NCBI GenBank assembly: GCA_046597055.1
Contig: JBKJLC010000158.1
Coordinates: 1 to 40,155, forward strand
DNA length: 40,155 nucleotides
Source of the DNA: Kofleriaceae bacterium
GTDB taxonomy: Bacteria; Myxococcota_A; Polyangia; Haliangiales; Haliangiaceae
Direction of reading: 5' to 3'
Both the position numbers and the translations under genes were made by a program. Under the pieces are notes generated by a model. The model ran no database searches. It was not told the DNA's origin and saw only the letters and a program-made list of their open reading frames with translations. Of the stretch, positions 10,309 through 24,839 are shown piece after piece (the first letter of the stretch is position 1; each line of letters begins with the position of its first letter).

Positions 10309-11565
10309 CTACCGGGCCGCGAGCAGCGCGGCGATCCGGTCCAGGATCCGGTGCGCGACCACCCGCTTGTCGGCGAGCGGCACCTCCTGCGTCCCGCCCG
10401 CCTCGACCAGCACGACCCGGTTGGTGTCGACCGCGAAGCCCGCGTCGGGCGCGGTCACGTCGTTGGCGACGACCAGGTCGATCTGCTTGGACGCGAGCTT
10501 GGCCTTCGCGTAGCTGACCACGTCGCGGGTCTCGGCCGCGAAGCCGACCAGCAGCGGGCCCCGCCCGCGCCGCGCGCGCTCGCCGCCGATGCCACCCAGG
10601 ATGTCGGGATTGGCCTCGAGCACGAGGGTCGGCTGCAGGCCGATCTCGGTCCGCTTGAGCTTCTGATCGCTGGGCGTCGCCGGGCGAAAGTCGGCGACCG
10701 CCGCCGCCATCACCAGCGCGTCGGCGGTCCAGACCTGCCGGTCGAGCGCGGCCGCCATCGCCCGGCCATCCTCGACGTGCACGACCTCGAGCCCGACCGG
10801 ATCCGGCAGCGCGGTCGGACCCGCGATCAGGGTCACCGCCGCGCCGCGGCGCGCGGCCGCGGCCGCCAGCGCGTAGCCCATCTTGCCCGACGAGCGGTTG
10901 CCGAGGTACCGCACCGGGTCGAGCGGCTCGTGGGTCGGCCCGGCGGTCACCACGATCCGCTTGCCCGCCAGATCCTGGGGCGCGAGCACCCGGCACGCGG
11001 CCTCGACGATGTCCGCGGGCTCGGCGAGCCGACCGGGGCCCGTCCACCGGCAGGCGAGGAAGCCGTCGCCGGGACCGATCACGCGGGTGCCGGCGACCTC
11101 CATCAGCCGGCGCAGGTTGGCCTGGGTCAGCGGGTGCTGCCACATGTTGACGTTCATCGACGGCGCTACCAGCACCGGCGCCTGGGTCGCCAGGCACACC
11201 GAGGTCACCACGTCGTCGGCCGCGCCCGACGCCAGCCGCGCCAGCACGTTGGCGGTCGCCGGCGCGATCACGACCAGGTCGGCGCGGTCCGCGATCTGGA
11301 TGTGGCCGATCTCCGACTCCTGGGTCAGATCGAACAGATCGGTGAAGACCGCCCGCCCGGTCAGCGCCTGGAAGGTGAGCGGTCCGACGAACCTGGTCGC
11401 CCGCCGGGTCATCACCACCTGCACCCGCGCCCCCGCCTTGATGAACAGCCGGGTCAGCTCGCACGCCTTGTAGGCCGCGATGCCGCCGCCGACGCCAAGC
11501 ACGATCTCGGCGCCGTCGAGCGGCGTCGCGGGGAGGTAGCTGCGCCGCTCGCGCGGGCCGGTCAC
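10309..11565 (-). CDS. coaBC: Bifunctional phosphopantothenoylcysteine decarboxylase / phosphopantothenate-cysteine ligase
   Basis: [61 protein letters not shown] 11565 overlaps the gabD stop (GTGA). Confidence 0.96.
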   Translation of the reverse strand: MTGPRERRSYLPATPLDGAEIVLGVGGGIAAYKACELTRLFIKAGARVQVVMTRRATRFVGPLTFQALTGRAVFTDLFDLTQESEIGHIQIADRADLVVIAPATANVLARLASGAADDVVTSVCLATQAPVLVAPSMNVNMWQHPLTQANLRRLMEVAGTRVIGPGDGFLACRWTGPGRLAEPADIVEAACRVLAPQDLAGKRIVVTAGPTHEPLDPVRYLGNRSSGKMGYALAAAAARRGAAVTLIAGPTALPDPVGLEVVHVEDGRAMAAALDRQVWTADALVMAAAVADFRPATPSDQKLKRTEIGLQPTLVLEANPDILGGIGGERARRGRGPLLVGFAAETRDVVSYAKAKLASKQIDLVVANDVTAPDAGFAVDTNRVVLVEAGGTQEVPLADKRVVAHRILDRIAALLAAR

Positions 11566-13004
11566 GACGGGCTCCGCCGCGTGGTCATCACGTACTTGAG
11601 CTCGAGGTAGTCGTCGAGCCCGTGGTGGCTGCCCTCGCGCCCGATGCCGGACGCCTTCACGCCGCCGAACGGTGCCTGCGCGGTCGACACCAGGCCCTCG
11701 TTGATCCCGACCATGCCCACGTCGAGCCGCGCCGCGATCGCGTCGGCCCGCTCGAGGTCGCGCGAGAACACGAACGCGACCAGGCCGGCGTCGGTGTCGT
11801 TGGCCAGCCGCACCGCGTGATCGTCGTCGGTCACGGTGCGCATCGCGATGACCGGTCCGAAGATCTCCTCGCGCCAGATCGCCATCTCGTCGGTGACGCC
11901 GGTGAGCACGGTCGGCGCGACGAAGCGCGACCGGGGCACGCCGCCGAGCAGCAGCGTGGCGCCGCGCGCCACCGCGTCCTCGATCAGGCGTGCGACCTTG
12001 GCCACCGCGGCGTCGTCGATCAGCGGGCCCAGGTCGACGCCGGGCTCGGTGCCGCGACCGACCTTGAGCGCGGCGACCCGGGGCACCAGCGCGGCCACGA
12101 AGTCGCGCGCGATCGGCGCCGCGATGAGGAACCGGTTGGCCGCCACGCAAGACTGACCGCCGTTGCGGAACTTGGCGACCATCGCGCCCGCGAGCGCGCG
12201 ATCGAGGTCGGCGTCGTCGAGCACCAGGAACGGCGCGTTGCCGCCGAGCTCGACGGTCGCGCGCGCGACCCGGGCCGCCGCCGCCGCCAGCACCACCTTG
12301 CCGACCTCGGTCGAGCCGGTGAACGACAGCTTGCGGACCCGCGGATCGTTCATGATCGCGCCGCCGACCCGGCGCGCGTCGCCGGTGACGACGTTGACGA
12401 CCCCGGCCGGCACCCCGGCCGCCTCGAGGATCGCGGCCAGCGCGAGCGCGGTCAGCGGGGTCTGGTGGGCCGGCTTGGCGACCACCGTGCAGCCGGCCGC
12501 CAGCGCCGGGGCCACCTTGCGGGCGAGCATCGCGGCCGGAAAGTTCCACGGCGTGATGAAGCCGCACACGCCGACCGGCTCGCGGTGCACGGCGATGCGC
12601 TGGTCGGTGCGCGAGGCCGGAATGGTCTCGCCGTAGACGCGGACCGCCTCGCCGGCGAACCACTCGAAGAAGCTCGCGGCGTAGCGCACCTCGGCGAGCG
12701 CCTCGGCCAGCGGCTTGCCGTGCTCGGCGGTGATCAGCGCAGCGAGCCCGGCCTCGCCTGCGCGCATCGCCACCGCGATCGCGGCCAGGACCGCGGCCCG
12801 GTCGGCGGCCGGGCGCGCCCGCCAGGCCGGCAGCGCCCGCGCGGCCGCGGTGATCGCGCGCTCGACCTCGGCCGTCGGTAGATCGGGGACCTCGGCCAGC
12901 ACGGCGTCGGTCGCCGGGTCGTGCACGGCGATCCGGTCGGCGGCGCCGGTCCACGCGCCGTCGATGTAGGCGTCGCGATGATGGATGACGAGCGTGGGGG
13001 TCAC
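11562..13004 (-). CDS. gabD: NAD(P)-dependent succinate-semialdehyde dehydrogenase
   Basis: [57 protein letters not shown] 13004 is preceded by AGGAG. Confidence 0.88.
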   Translation of the reverse strand: MTPTLVIHHRDAYIDGAWTGAADRIAVHDPATDAVLAEVPDLPTAEVERAITAAARALPAWRARPAADRAAVLAAIAVAMRAGEAGLAALITAEHGKPLAEALAEVRYAASFFEWFAGEAVRVYGETIPASRTDQRIAVHREPVGVCGFITPWNFPAAMLARKVAPALAAGCTVVAKPAHQTPLTALALAAILEAAGVPAGVVNVVTGDARRVGGAIMNDPRVRKLSFTGSTEVGKVVLAAAAARVARATVELGGNAPFLVLDDADLDRALAGAMVAKFRNGGQSCVAANRFLIAAPIARDFVAALVPRVAALKVGRGTEPGVDLGPLIDDAAVAKVARLIEDAVARGATLLLGGVPRSRFVAPTVLTGVTDEMAIWREEIFGPVIAMRTVTDDDHAVRLANDTDAGLVAFVFSRDLERADAIAARLDVGMVGINEGLVSTAQAPFGGVKASGIGREGSHHGLDDYLELKYVMTTRRSPS

Positions 13005-13117
13005 GCGAGCTGCTCCTGGACGCGGTTCCACAGCAGCTTGGCCTCGGTGCGGCCGCCGGTGACCACCGCGGTGGTCCCGGTGAGATCGACGGGGATGGGC
13101 TCGAGCGGGGCAGACAT
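13001..13117 (-). pseudogene. 38-aa remnant of a short-chain dehydrogenase (N- and C-termini joined by a large internal deletion)
   Basis: [38 protein letters not shown]: an SDR first-strand motif joined directly to a typical SDR C-terminal A..LW...E helix. Confidence 0.6.
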
Positions 13118-13126
13118 CGGCGGTGG

Positions 13127-14416
13127 CTATAGCAGGGGCGCGAACGCGCGGGCCAATTCGCGGGTCTCGACCAGGTTGTCCTCGATCGAGCAGTAGGTCC
13201 ATCCGCCGTAGCGGCCGACCGAGTAGACGCCAGCCGCCTCGAGGGTGCGCCGGACCCGGGCCTGCTCGGCCTGGCTGCGGCGGGTGATGTGGACGTAGGC
13301 CGGGTCGAGCACGACCGCGTGCGACGACACCAGCTGGTGACCATCGACCACGCCCTCGCGCGCGAGATCGGCGAGCACCTGCGCGCGGGTCAGCTCGAGG
13401 TCGAGCTCGGCGTCGGCGGTGGCGCCGACCTCGACGTAGAGGCTCATGCGATCACCGCCCAGGATGTTGTCGTACCAGCCGACCCGGTAGAACGACAGCG
13501 CCGGATCGGGGAAGTACATCCAGTGCAGGTCGGCGCGGCCCTTGCGGTCGAAGCCGAGGTTGTAGACCAGCACCTTGTTCCAGCTGAACGCCCCGGCGTC
13601 GTGCTCGAGCCCGCACAGCGCGAGCAGCCGCGGCAGCGGCGCCGACGACACCAACCGGCGGAACCCGAGCTCGCGCTTCGAGGTCCACGCGACCTGGCGG
13701 CGCAGGTCGACGCCGAGCAGGCGCTCGCCGAGCGACAGCTGGGCCGGCGGCAGGTCGCGCAGCAGCGCGCGCACGTACTCCATCGCCCCGCGCGCCGGAT
13801 ACGTGAAGGTCGCGTTGTAGCTGGCGTTGTCGGGCGCGCGCATGTTGCGCACGATGTCGGCGACCTCGGCGTGCGGAAAGAAGCGCCCCATCGCGTGCTC
13901 GTCGAGCGCGTCGAGGTCGGTCGCGTACAGCTTCTGGTTGTACGGAATGAGGAACGTCTCGGCGATGCCGCGTCCGAACCGCCGGTACAGCATGTCCTTG
14001 AACGAGCCGGTGGTCGCGGCCGGCGCCGCCTCGTCCTTGAAGTAGAGGTCGACCAGGCAGGCCAGGAACTGCGCGCGCGGCAGCTGGTGGATGTTCTTCT
14101 GGAACGGGAACTCGACGTCGACCCCGGCGACCCGGATCGCCGAGGCCTTGGTGACGGTGCGGACCTCGCCCTCCATCCGCGCCCGCAGCCAGGCCTCGAT
14201 GTCGGGGTGCTTGAAGTGGAAGAAGTGCCCGGAGTAGTCCCAGGTGAAGCCGTCCTGCACGATCGTCTTGCAGTAGCCGCCCGGCTCGTCGTCGGCCTCG
14301 AGCACCAGCAGCTCGGGCCCGGGCTGGTTGCGCGCGGCGGCCTCCTCGCGCAGCCAGCTGGCGAAGCCGAGGCCGCTCATGCCGGCGCCGACCACGAGGT
14401 ACTCGACCGACTCCAT
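13127..14416 (-). CDS. FAD-dependent oxidoreductase (protoporphyrinogen oxidase / UDP-galactopyranose mutase-like superfamily)
   Basis: [31 protein letters not shown]-terminal GRYGGWTY. Confidence 0.8.
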   Translation of the reverse strand: MESVEYLVVGAGMSGLGFASWLREEAAARNQPGPELLVLEADDEPGGYCKTIVQDGFTWDYSGHFFHFKHPDIEAWLRARMEGEVRTVTKASAIRVAGVDVEFPFQKNIHQLPRAQFLACLVDLYFKDEAAPAATTGSFKDMLYRRFGRGIAETFLIPYNQKLYATDLDALDEHAMGRFFPHAEVADIVRNMRAPDNASYNATFTYPARGAMEYVRALLRDLPPAQLSLGERLLGVDLRRQVAWTSKRELGFRRLVSSAPLPRLLALCGLEHDAGAFSWNKVLVYNLGFDRKGRADLHWMYFPDPALSFYRVGWYDNILGGDRMSLYVEVGATADAELDLELTRAQVLADLAREGVVDGHQLVSSHAVVLDPAYVHITRRSQAEQARVRRTLEAAGVYSVGRYGGWTYCSIEDNLVETRELARAFAPLL

Positions 14417-14503
14417 GGGCGCAGTATCACCCAACCGCGCAGGTCGGCACGCGGCCCGGCCGTCGATCAGCCGTCCCCGGGCGAGGTCCCGGGTGACCCG
14501 GGC

Positions 14504-16189
<1,686 letters not shown>

Positions 16190-16325
16190 GATGACGTATA
16201 CGACGAAGCGGCGGTCGCCGTCAGCGGGGCGAGCCCTCGCTCACACGGCCGGCGTCGGCGGCGTCGGGGCCGGCCGCCGGCGCCGGAGCGGCCACCCGTT
16301 CGCGACGCGCGCCGCCCGAGGTCGG

Positions 16326-16667
16326 TCATTCGATGGGAGGCGCGATCTCGACGTCGAACAACGCGATCACCTGCGTGATGATCATGTCGCCGACCCGCGG
16401 CTCGCGCGCCTGGTCGGTCCCCTCACGCTCGCCGGGCGGCGGGTCCGGCCGCCAGGGCCACCCGGCAGGCACCTCGGACGCGCGCAGGTCGTCGGCGACC
16501 GGGCCTGCGGATGGCGCGAGCGAGTCGATCACCGGGGTGTCGTCCGCGAGCGACGGGGGCGCCGCGGGCACCGGCCCGTGCAAGCAGAGGCCGGCGCCCA
16601 CGCACGCCACGAAGAGCATCATCGAAATCACCACTCGCCTGACCTGGTACTGCCGCGCTCGGTACAT
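16326..16667 (-). CDS. Small hypothetical membrane-anchored protein
   Basis: Single hydrophobic segment VVISMMLFVACVGAGLCL followed by a Pro-rich tail. Confidence 0.45.
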   Translation of the reverse strand: MYRARQYQVRRVVISMMLFVACVGAGLCLHGPVPAAPPSLADDTPVIDSLAPSAGPVADDLRASEVPAGWPWRPDPPPGEREGTDQAREPRVGDMIITQVIALFDVEIAPPIE

Positions 16668-16755
16668 CGCATCCTCGCTGGATCGGGGTTGCCGCCCCTA
16701 TCGCCGCGCTCGCGAGCGGTTGCGTGGGTGCCGACTCTTGCCAGCGGCGGGCGAC

Positions 16756-16965
16756 TCACCAGCCCGCGAGCGACGGGTGCACCGCCATCGTCCCTTCGCG
16801 CTCGAGGTACGGCGCCTCGGCCGCGGTCCGCGGCACGATCAGCGTCCCGACCAGCGTCGCCACGCACGCGTCGACCGCGGGAGACGCTGGTGGCTCGAGG
16901 AACTCCAGGTGCAGCAGCTCGATCTGGTCGCGCCGGGTCCGGGCGTCGAGCTCGCACGATCGTGC
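16756..16965 (-). pseudogene. Possible start-less gene fragment
   Basis: Frame reads CELDARTRRDQIELLHLEFLEPPASPAVDACVATLVGTLIVP...PSLAGW* with gene-like codon usage, but no in-frame start codon precedes this segment. Confidence 0.3.
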
Positions 16966-17126
16966 GGGGCCAGCTTGCGCAACGACCGGCCACGAGGGTG
17001 GCCATGTTCTCGCCGGGAGCAGTCACGCGGCGCGGGCGGTGACGCCGGCGTCGGGGCATCTACCGGAGATCACGCGGCGGGCCGCCACACGCGGGCCTGG
17101 ATCGCCCATTGCTCCTCGCGCGGGTC

Positions 17127-18543
17127 ATGTTCGTACGTTCGTTCTGCCTCGTGGCGCTCGCGCTCGCTGTCCCCGCCTGTACTGACGACCTCGACAAGGG
17201 TCCCGAGAGCGCGGATCCCGCGGTCGGCGCCCTCGACTCGATCTACTCGCCCACCGAGCACGGCGAGCTCGCGTTCGGTGCGCCCGCCACTGCCACCCTG
17301 ACCCGCAACCAGCAGTTCCATGCGTGGGACTTCACGGTCCACGGCCCGGCCTCGCTGGCGCTCGCGACCGGGCCGGCGGTCGGCCGCCGCGAGGTCGACA
17401 CCGTCATCTATGTCTATCGCGCCGATGGCAATGGCGGCTGGGGTCGCTACCTCGCCAAGAACGACGACGCTGGCACCAGCCAGTGGTCGGCGCTCGACCT
17501 CGAGGTCGACGCGGGCCGCTACCGCGTGATCGTGAAGGGCTTCTCGTCGCGCACCACCGGCCGCTTCGCGGTCACGGTCGACTGCGGTGGGAGCGGCTGC
17601 GCGCCGGTCGCAAGCACCTGCCGCCTCGGTGAGACCTATCGCGGCTTCCTGGCCGACCCCGCGTTCTCCGCCGTCAGCTCGGCCCGCCTGACCGCGGCTA
17701 ACCAGCTCGAGCCGCTGGTGGCCGCCCAGCTCCTCCGCGCGGTGCAGGTGACCTATGCGCCGACCACGGTCGCCGAGGCGTTCGCCGCGGTCGACGGCGG
17801 CGAGGTGAACCGGACCGAGGTGCATCACGCGGGCAGCGCGCAGTCCTTCGTCGCGTACGAGTTCGGCGCCGGTGACAACAGCTACGGTGCGATCTTCTCC
17901 AGCCGCACGCTCGACCTCGCGGCCGAGATCCGCGACGGCGACCTCACCGCGTGCACGTTCGTGGCAGCGCCCGGTGGCGTGCAGCAGGGCGAAGCCTGCC
18001 TCGCGATCGACGCCTGCGCCGACGGGCTCACCTGCCAGGGCTTCACCGGCGGGCGTGGCGTCTGCGTCTCGACCGCCGCGATCCCTGGCGACGGCGCGTC
18101 CTGCTCGAGCGTGGCGCCCGACTGCGGTGACGCGCGCCTGGTGTGCGCGGGTCTGACCCGCGGTGACCAGGGCATGTGCCTGCCGGCCGGGCAGCGTCGG
18201 AGCTTCTCCGATGTGGCCGCCGCCGCGATCCCCGATGGCGGCACGCTGACCCGGCAGCTGACCGGGTACGGCCTGGCCACGGTCGACATGGACGTCGAGC
18301 TCCGCGCCCTGCTCCACCACGACCGGCCCAGCCAGCTGCGCGTGTACCTGGCCAACCCGGTCGGCACCGAGGTGCTCGTGTACGACGGCCCCACCGCCAG
18401 CGACGACCGCGACGTCTACGTCGCGATCGACGGCGGCGTGCGCGGCTTCTCGGGCGACGAGTCGGTCAACGGCACCTGGACCCTGCGCACGGTCGACCTC
18501 GCGACCGGCGCCACCGGGACCCTGACGTCCTGGCACCTCACGA

Positions 18544-18563
<20 letters not shown>
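17127..18563 (+). CDS. Lipoprotein with PPC-like domain, Cys-rich modules and C-terminal proprotein-convertase P-domain
   Basis: Lipobox [25 protein letters not shown] (PPC-like); Cys-rich segments; [39 protein letters not shown] (P-domain). Confidence 0.8.
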
Positions 18564-20886
<2,323 letters not shown>

Positions 20887-21097
20887 GCGCGACCCTAGCG
20901 CAGGTGAGTCCGGCTCGTTCGCGGGCGGCGGGGAAACGCGCGGTCGGCACCGGCAGCGCGCCCGTCGTCCACTCGGCGACCCGGCTCGGTCAGGCGAGGA
21001 CCTTGCTGACCACCTCGGCCACCAGCGCCTGGAACCAGCGGTGACCAGGATCGACGTGCCGGCGCTGCGGCCACGAGGCGACGGCGCCGATCCCGGG

Positions 21098-21714
21098 CAG
21101 TTGCTCGATGCGGCGCGCACGGCCGGGGTCCGCCGCTTCATCTTGATCGGCACCGAGGCGGCGCTGTTCGACGGCCCCGACCTGCGCGACATCGACGAGA
21201 CCCAGCCGTACCCGCGCCGGCAGCGGTTCCTCTACTCCGAGACCAAGGCCGAGGCCGAGCGGCGGGTCCTGGCCGCGAGCGACGACCGCATGACCACGCT
21301 GTCGGTGCGTCCGCGCCTGGTGTGGGGGCCGCGCGATGCCAGCGTGCTGCCGGCGACCGCCGCGATGATCGCCGCCGGCCGCTTTCGCTGGATCGACGGG
21401 GGCCGGCCCGAGACCTCGACGACCCACATTGCGAACCTGGTTCACGGCGTGGAGCGAGCGCTCACGCATGGCCCGGGCGGCCAGGCCCGTCCGACCGGGC
21501 CGCGCCCGGGGCCCTGCTCCGCCCGCTCGCGCGCACCGTCGAGGCGGTGTGGCGCCTGCTCCGGATCCGACGAGATCCGCCGCTGTCGGCGTTCGCGGTG
21601 GCGATGATGTCGCGGACGGTGACGGTGCGCACCGAAAAGGCCCGCGCCGAGCTGGGCTGGAGCCCCGTGATCACCCTCGATCGCGGGCTGGCGGAGCTGA
21701 CACGTACCGGCTGA
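21098..21714 (+). pseudogene. Degraded NAD-dependent epimerase/dehydratase (3-beta-HSD-like)
   Basis: [22 protein letters not shown] (YxxxK), RPRLVWGPRD. No N-terminal GxxGxxG. The frame switches at ~21487 to ...EKARAELGWSPVITLDRGLAEL. Confidence 0.75.
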
Positions 21715-21736
21715 AAACGTGGTAGCACTCCGCCGC

Positions 21737-21955
21737 GTGAGCAAAGAAGAACTGGTCCACCTGGAGGGCGAGGTCGTCCTGATCGCCAAGGGCGGGAACT
21801 TTCGCGTGAAGCTGGAGAACGGCCACGAGGTCCTCGCCAAGCTGGCCGGCAAGGTCCGCCGCCACCGCATCCGCGTCGTGCTGGGTGATCGCGTGACCGT
21901 CGCTGTGTCGCCGTACGATCCGACCCGCGGCTTCATCGTCTACCGCCAGCGGTGA
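21737..21955 (+). CDS. infA: Translation initiation factor IF-1
   Basis: MSKEELVHLEGEV..FRVKLENGHEVLA..GKVRRHRIRVVLGDRVTVAVSPYDPTRGFIVYR (72 aa, GTG start). Confidence 0.93.
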   Translation: MSKEELVHLEGEVVLIAKGGNFRVKLENGHEVLAKLAGKVRRHRIRVVLGDRVTVAVSPYDPTRGFIVYRQR

Positions 21956-22044
21956 CTCGGGACCGGGCCGGGCGACGCCCGCGCCCACGTCCAGGGGGTG
22001 ATCCGGTGGTCGCCACCGAGGCGGCGGGATAGCCTCGCAGGGGC

Positions 22045-24498
22045 ATGGCTCACACGCCCCTCTACGCCGGGTTCGATCTCGGCACCAGCAACTCGGCGGC
22101 CGCGGTGTTCGACGGTGAACGCACCCAGGTGGTGCGCAACGCCTCGGGCGGAACGGTCACCCCCAGCGTGGTGCGCATCGACAAGCAAGGCCGCGCGACC
22201 GTCGGTCAGCGCGCCCGCCGCCTGCTCGATGCGGACCCCGCCAACACGGCGACCGAGTTCAAGCGGCTCATGGGGACCGGCCAGGACATCGCGTTCCCGG
22301 CCGCGGGGCTCACCCGCAAGCCCGAGGAGCTGTCGGCCGAGATCCTGCGCGCCCTGCGCGCCGACGTCGCGGACCAGGTCGGGTTTCCGGTCGAGCGCGC
22401 CGTCATCTCGGTGCCGGCGCTGTTCGAGCTACCGCAGAGCGCGGCGACCAGCGAGGCGGCCCGTCTGGCCGGGTTCGAGCGGGTCGAGTTGCTGCAAGAG
22501 CCGATCGCGTCGGCGCTGGCCGCCGGCTGGCGCGCCGACGACGACGGCGGCGGGGCCTGGCTGGTCTACGACCTGGGCGGCGGCACCTTCGACGCCTCGC
22601 TGCTCGAGACCCGCGACGGCCTGCTGCGGGTGGTCGGGCACGACGGCGACAACTTCCTCGGGGGCCGCGACTTCGACTGGGCGATCACCGAGCACCTCGC
22701 CGCCGAGCTGGCGGCCCGCACCGGCGTGCGCCTCACCCGCAAGGATCCGGCCCACGCCGGGCCGCTGCGGGTACTGCGGGCCGCCGCCGAGGACGCCAAG
22801 ATCGAGCTGTCGCGCTCGGGCAGCGCGCAGGTCACCCTGGCCCAGCCGCTGATCGTCGACGGCACCGAGCTGGAGGTCGACCTCGCGCTCGATCGCGCCA
22901 CGGTCGAGACGCTGACCGCGCCGCTGGTCGATCGCTCGCTCGAGGTGTGCCTGCGCCTGCTGGCCGCGACCGGGCTCGCGCCCGGCCGGCTGTCCCGGAT
23001 CGTCATGGTCGGCGGGCCGACCATCATGCCGGCGGTGCGAGCGCGGGTGGCCACCCGGCTCGACGCGGCGCTGGCCGAGGGACTCGATCCGATGACGCTG
23101 GTGGCCCAGGGCGCGGCGCTCTACGCCGCCACCGCCGGGCTCGACGGTCGCGGCGAGCGACGCGCGCGCGGCACCGGCAAGCAGGTGTGGCTGCAGTACC
23201 CGCCGGTGTCGGCCGACCTGACCCCGCACGTGGTCGGCCGCTTCGTCGGCGGCGATGCGCCCGCGACTCTTCGGCTCGAGCGCCACGACGGCGGCTGGTC
23301 GGGGCCCGACACCAAGATCGGCGACGACGGCAGCTTCATCACGATGGTGAGCCTGCTGCCGCGGGCCGCGTCGACCTTCGCCCTGGCCGCCGCCGACGCC
23401 GCCGGCGCGGCGATCGCGGTCGAGCCGCCGGCGTTCACGATCGTGCAGGGCCTCACCATCGCCGACCCACCGCTGTCGCGCACGATCGGCGTGGCGCTCG
23501 CCAGCGATCGCGTGCAGGTCTACTTCGAGCGCGGCGCGCCGCTGCCGACCCGCAAGACCTTCGTGCACACCACGGTCGAGACGGTCGCGGCCGGCAGCAC
23601 CGACAGCGTGCTGCGCATCCCGATCGTGCAGGGCGAGCTCGAGCAGGCCCACCTGTGCCGGCTGGTCGGCACCCTCGACCTGCGCGGCGACCTGGTCCGC
23701 GCGACCATCCCGCTCGGCGCCAAGGTCGAGGTCACGATCGAACTCGATCGCGCCGGCTGCCTGACCGCGCGCGCGCACGTGCCCGCGATCGACCAGCTGT
23801 TCGAGCACGTCGCGCACCTGCTGGTGCCCGAGGCGGCCCCGGCCGCGCTCGACGCCGCGCTGAGCGATCAGCGTCGCCACCTGACCCAGCTGCGCACCGA
23901 GGCGTTCCGCTCGGGGCTGCGCAAGGTGATCGACCAGCTCGACCAGGTCGAGGGCCAGCTGGCCGCGGCCGAGAAGGACATCGACGCCGCCCACGGCGGC
24001 GATGCCGATGCCGCCCAGAAGGCGCGCCGCACGCTGCTCGAGATCGACGCGGTGCTGGCCGAGGCCGATCTGGTGCGGACCTGGCCGGAGCTCGACACCG
24101 AGGCGCGCGAAGCGGCGATCCACGCGGCGTCGGCGGTGTCGGCGTTCGGGACCGACGCCGAGCGCAAGCTGCTCGACGAGGTGATCGCGGCGATCGAGCT
24201 GGCGCGGGCCGCGCGGGATCCGGCCGAGCTGGCCCGGCAGCTCCGGCTGTGCCGCCGGCTCGGCAACGCCGCGTTCCATCGCAACCCCGAGGCGTGGGAG
24301 CTGTACTTCGAGCACGCGGCATCCGAGATCGCGGTCGCGACCGACCTGCCCAGGGCGCGCGCGCTGGTCGACGAGGGTCACAAGGCGGTCGCGGCCAGCG
24401 ACCTCGCGCGGCTGCGCAAGATCGTCCAGGACCTGTGGGCGCTCTTGCCGGTGGACGCCCAGGACCGGCGCAGGTCGTTCGACTCCGGGGTGCGATGA
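22045..24498 (+). CDS. Atypical Hsp70 (DnaK-like) family protein, 817 aa
   Basis: GFDLGTSNS, TPSVV, AVISVPALF, LQEPIASA, VYDLGGGTFD, GDNFLGGRDFD, MVGGPT. Extra domain after the ATPase and a long helical C-terminus. Confidence 0.9.
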   Translation: MAHTPLYAGFDLGTSNSAAAVFDGERTQVVRNASGGTVTPSVVRIDKQGRATVGQRARRLLDADPANTATEFKRLMGTGQDIAFPAAGLTRKPEELSAEILRALRADVADQVGFPVERAVISVPALFELPQSAATSEAARLAGFERVELLQEPIASALAAGWRADDDGGGAWLVYDLGGGTFDASLLETRDGLLRVVGHDGDNFLGGRDFDWAITEHLAAELAARTGVRLTRKDPAHAGPLRVLRAAAEDAKIELSRSGSAQVTLAQPLIVDGTELEVDLALDRATVETLTAPLVDRSLEVCLRLLAATGLAPGRLSRIVMVGGPTIMPAVRARVATRLDAALAEGLDPMTLVAQGAALYAATAGLDGRGERRARGTGKQVWLQYPPVSADLTPHVVGRFVGGDAPATLRLERHDGGWSGPDTKIGDDGSFITMVSLLPRAASTFALAAADAAGAAIAVEPPAFTIVQGLTIADPPLSRTIGVALASDRVQVYFERGAPLPTRKTFVHTTVETVAAGSTDSVLRIPIVQGELEQAHLCRLVGTLDLRGDLVRATIPLGAKVEVTIELDRAGCLTARAHVPAIDQLFEHVAHLLVPEAAPAALDAALSDQRRHLTQLRTEAFRSGLRKVIDQLDQVEGQLAAAEKDIDAAHGGDADAAQKARRTLLEIDAVLAEADLVRTWPELDTEAREAAIHAASAVSAFGTDAERKLLDEVIAAIELARAARDPAELARQLRLCRRLGNAAFHRNPEAWELYFEHAASEIAVATDLPRARALVDEGHKAVAASDLARLRKIVQDLWALLPVDAQDRRRSFDSGVR

Positions 24499-24839
24499 AG
24501 GGGCAGCGCGAGCGCCTCGCCGACAACCCGTTCTTCGTGCTCGGGCTGACCCCGGCGGCGACCGCGCGCGAGGTGGAGCGCGAGGCCCAGAAGCTGCTCG
24601 GCATGATCGAGCTCGGGCTCGCCGCCGCGGCCAGCTACCCGACCCCGCTCGGGCCCCGCCCGCGCACCGCCGAGCGGGTGCGGGCCGCGGCCGCGACGCT
24701 GCGCGATCCGCGCGAGCGGCTGCTCGCCGAGCTGTGGGCGGCCGCCGGCGACGCCCCGGTCCCGGCCCCGCCGGTCGCGGCGCCCGGCGAGATGGTGACG
24801 TGGCCGGACGCGCTGACCGACGCCGGCTGGACCCGATGA
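24495..24839 (+). CDS. Small J-domain-like protein lacking the HPD motif
   Basis: ATGA overlap with Hsp70. MKGQRERLADNPFFVLGLTPAATAREVEREAQKL...TLRDPRER resembles J-domain helices I/II and L.DP..R. Confidence 0.7.
   Translation: MKGQRERLADNPFFVLGLTPAATAREVEREAQKLLGMIELGLAAAASYPTPLGPRPRTAERVRAAAATLRDPRERLLAELWAAAGDAPVPAPPVAAPGEMVTWPDALTDAGWTR

Noticed and set aside
11566..13344. Apparent 1011-aa CoaBC with a long N-terminal extension
   Set aside because: The extension is an alternative frame over gabD; CoaBC homology starts at GTG 11565.
22947..24494. 630-aa ORF overlapping Hsp70
   Set aside because: Only the last 114 codons from ATG 24495 look like a real gene; the rest is an off-frame overlap.
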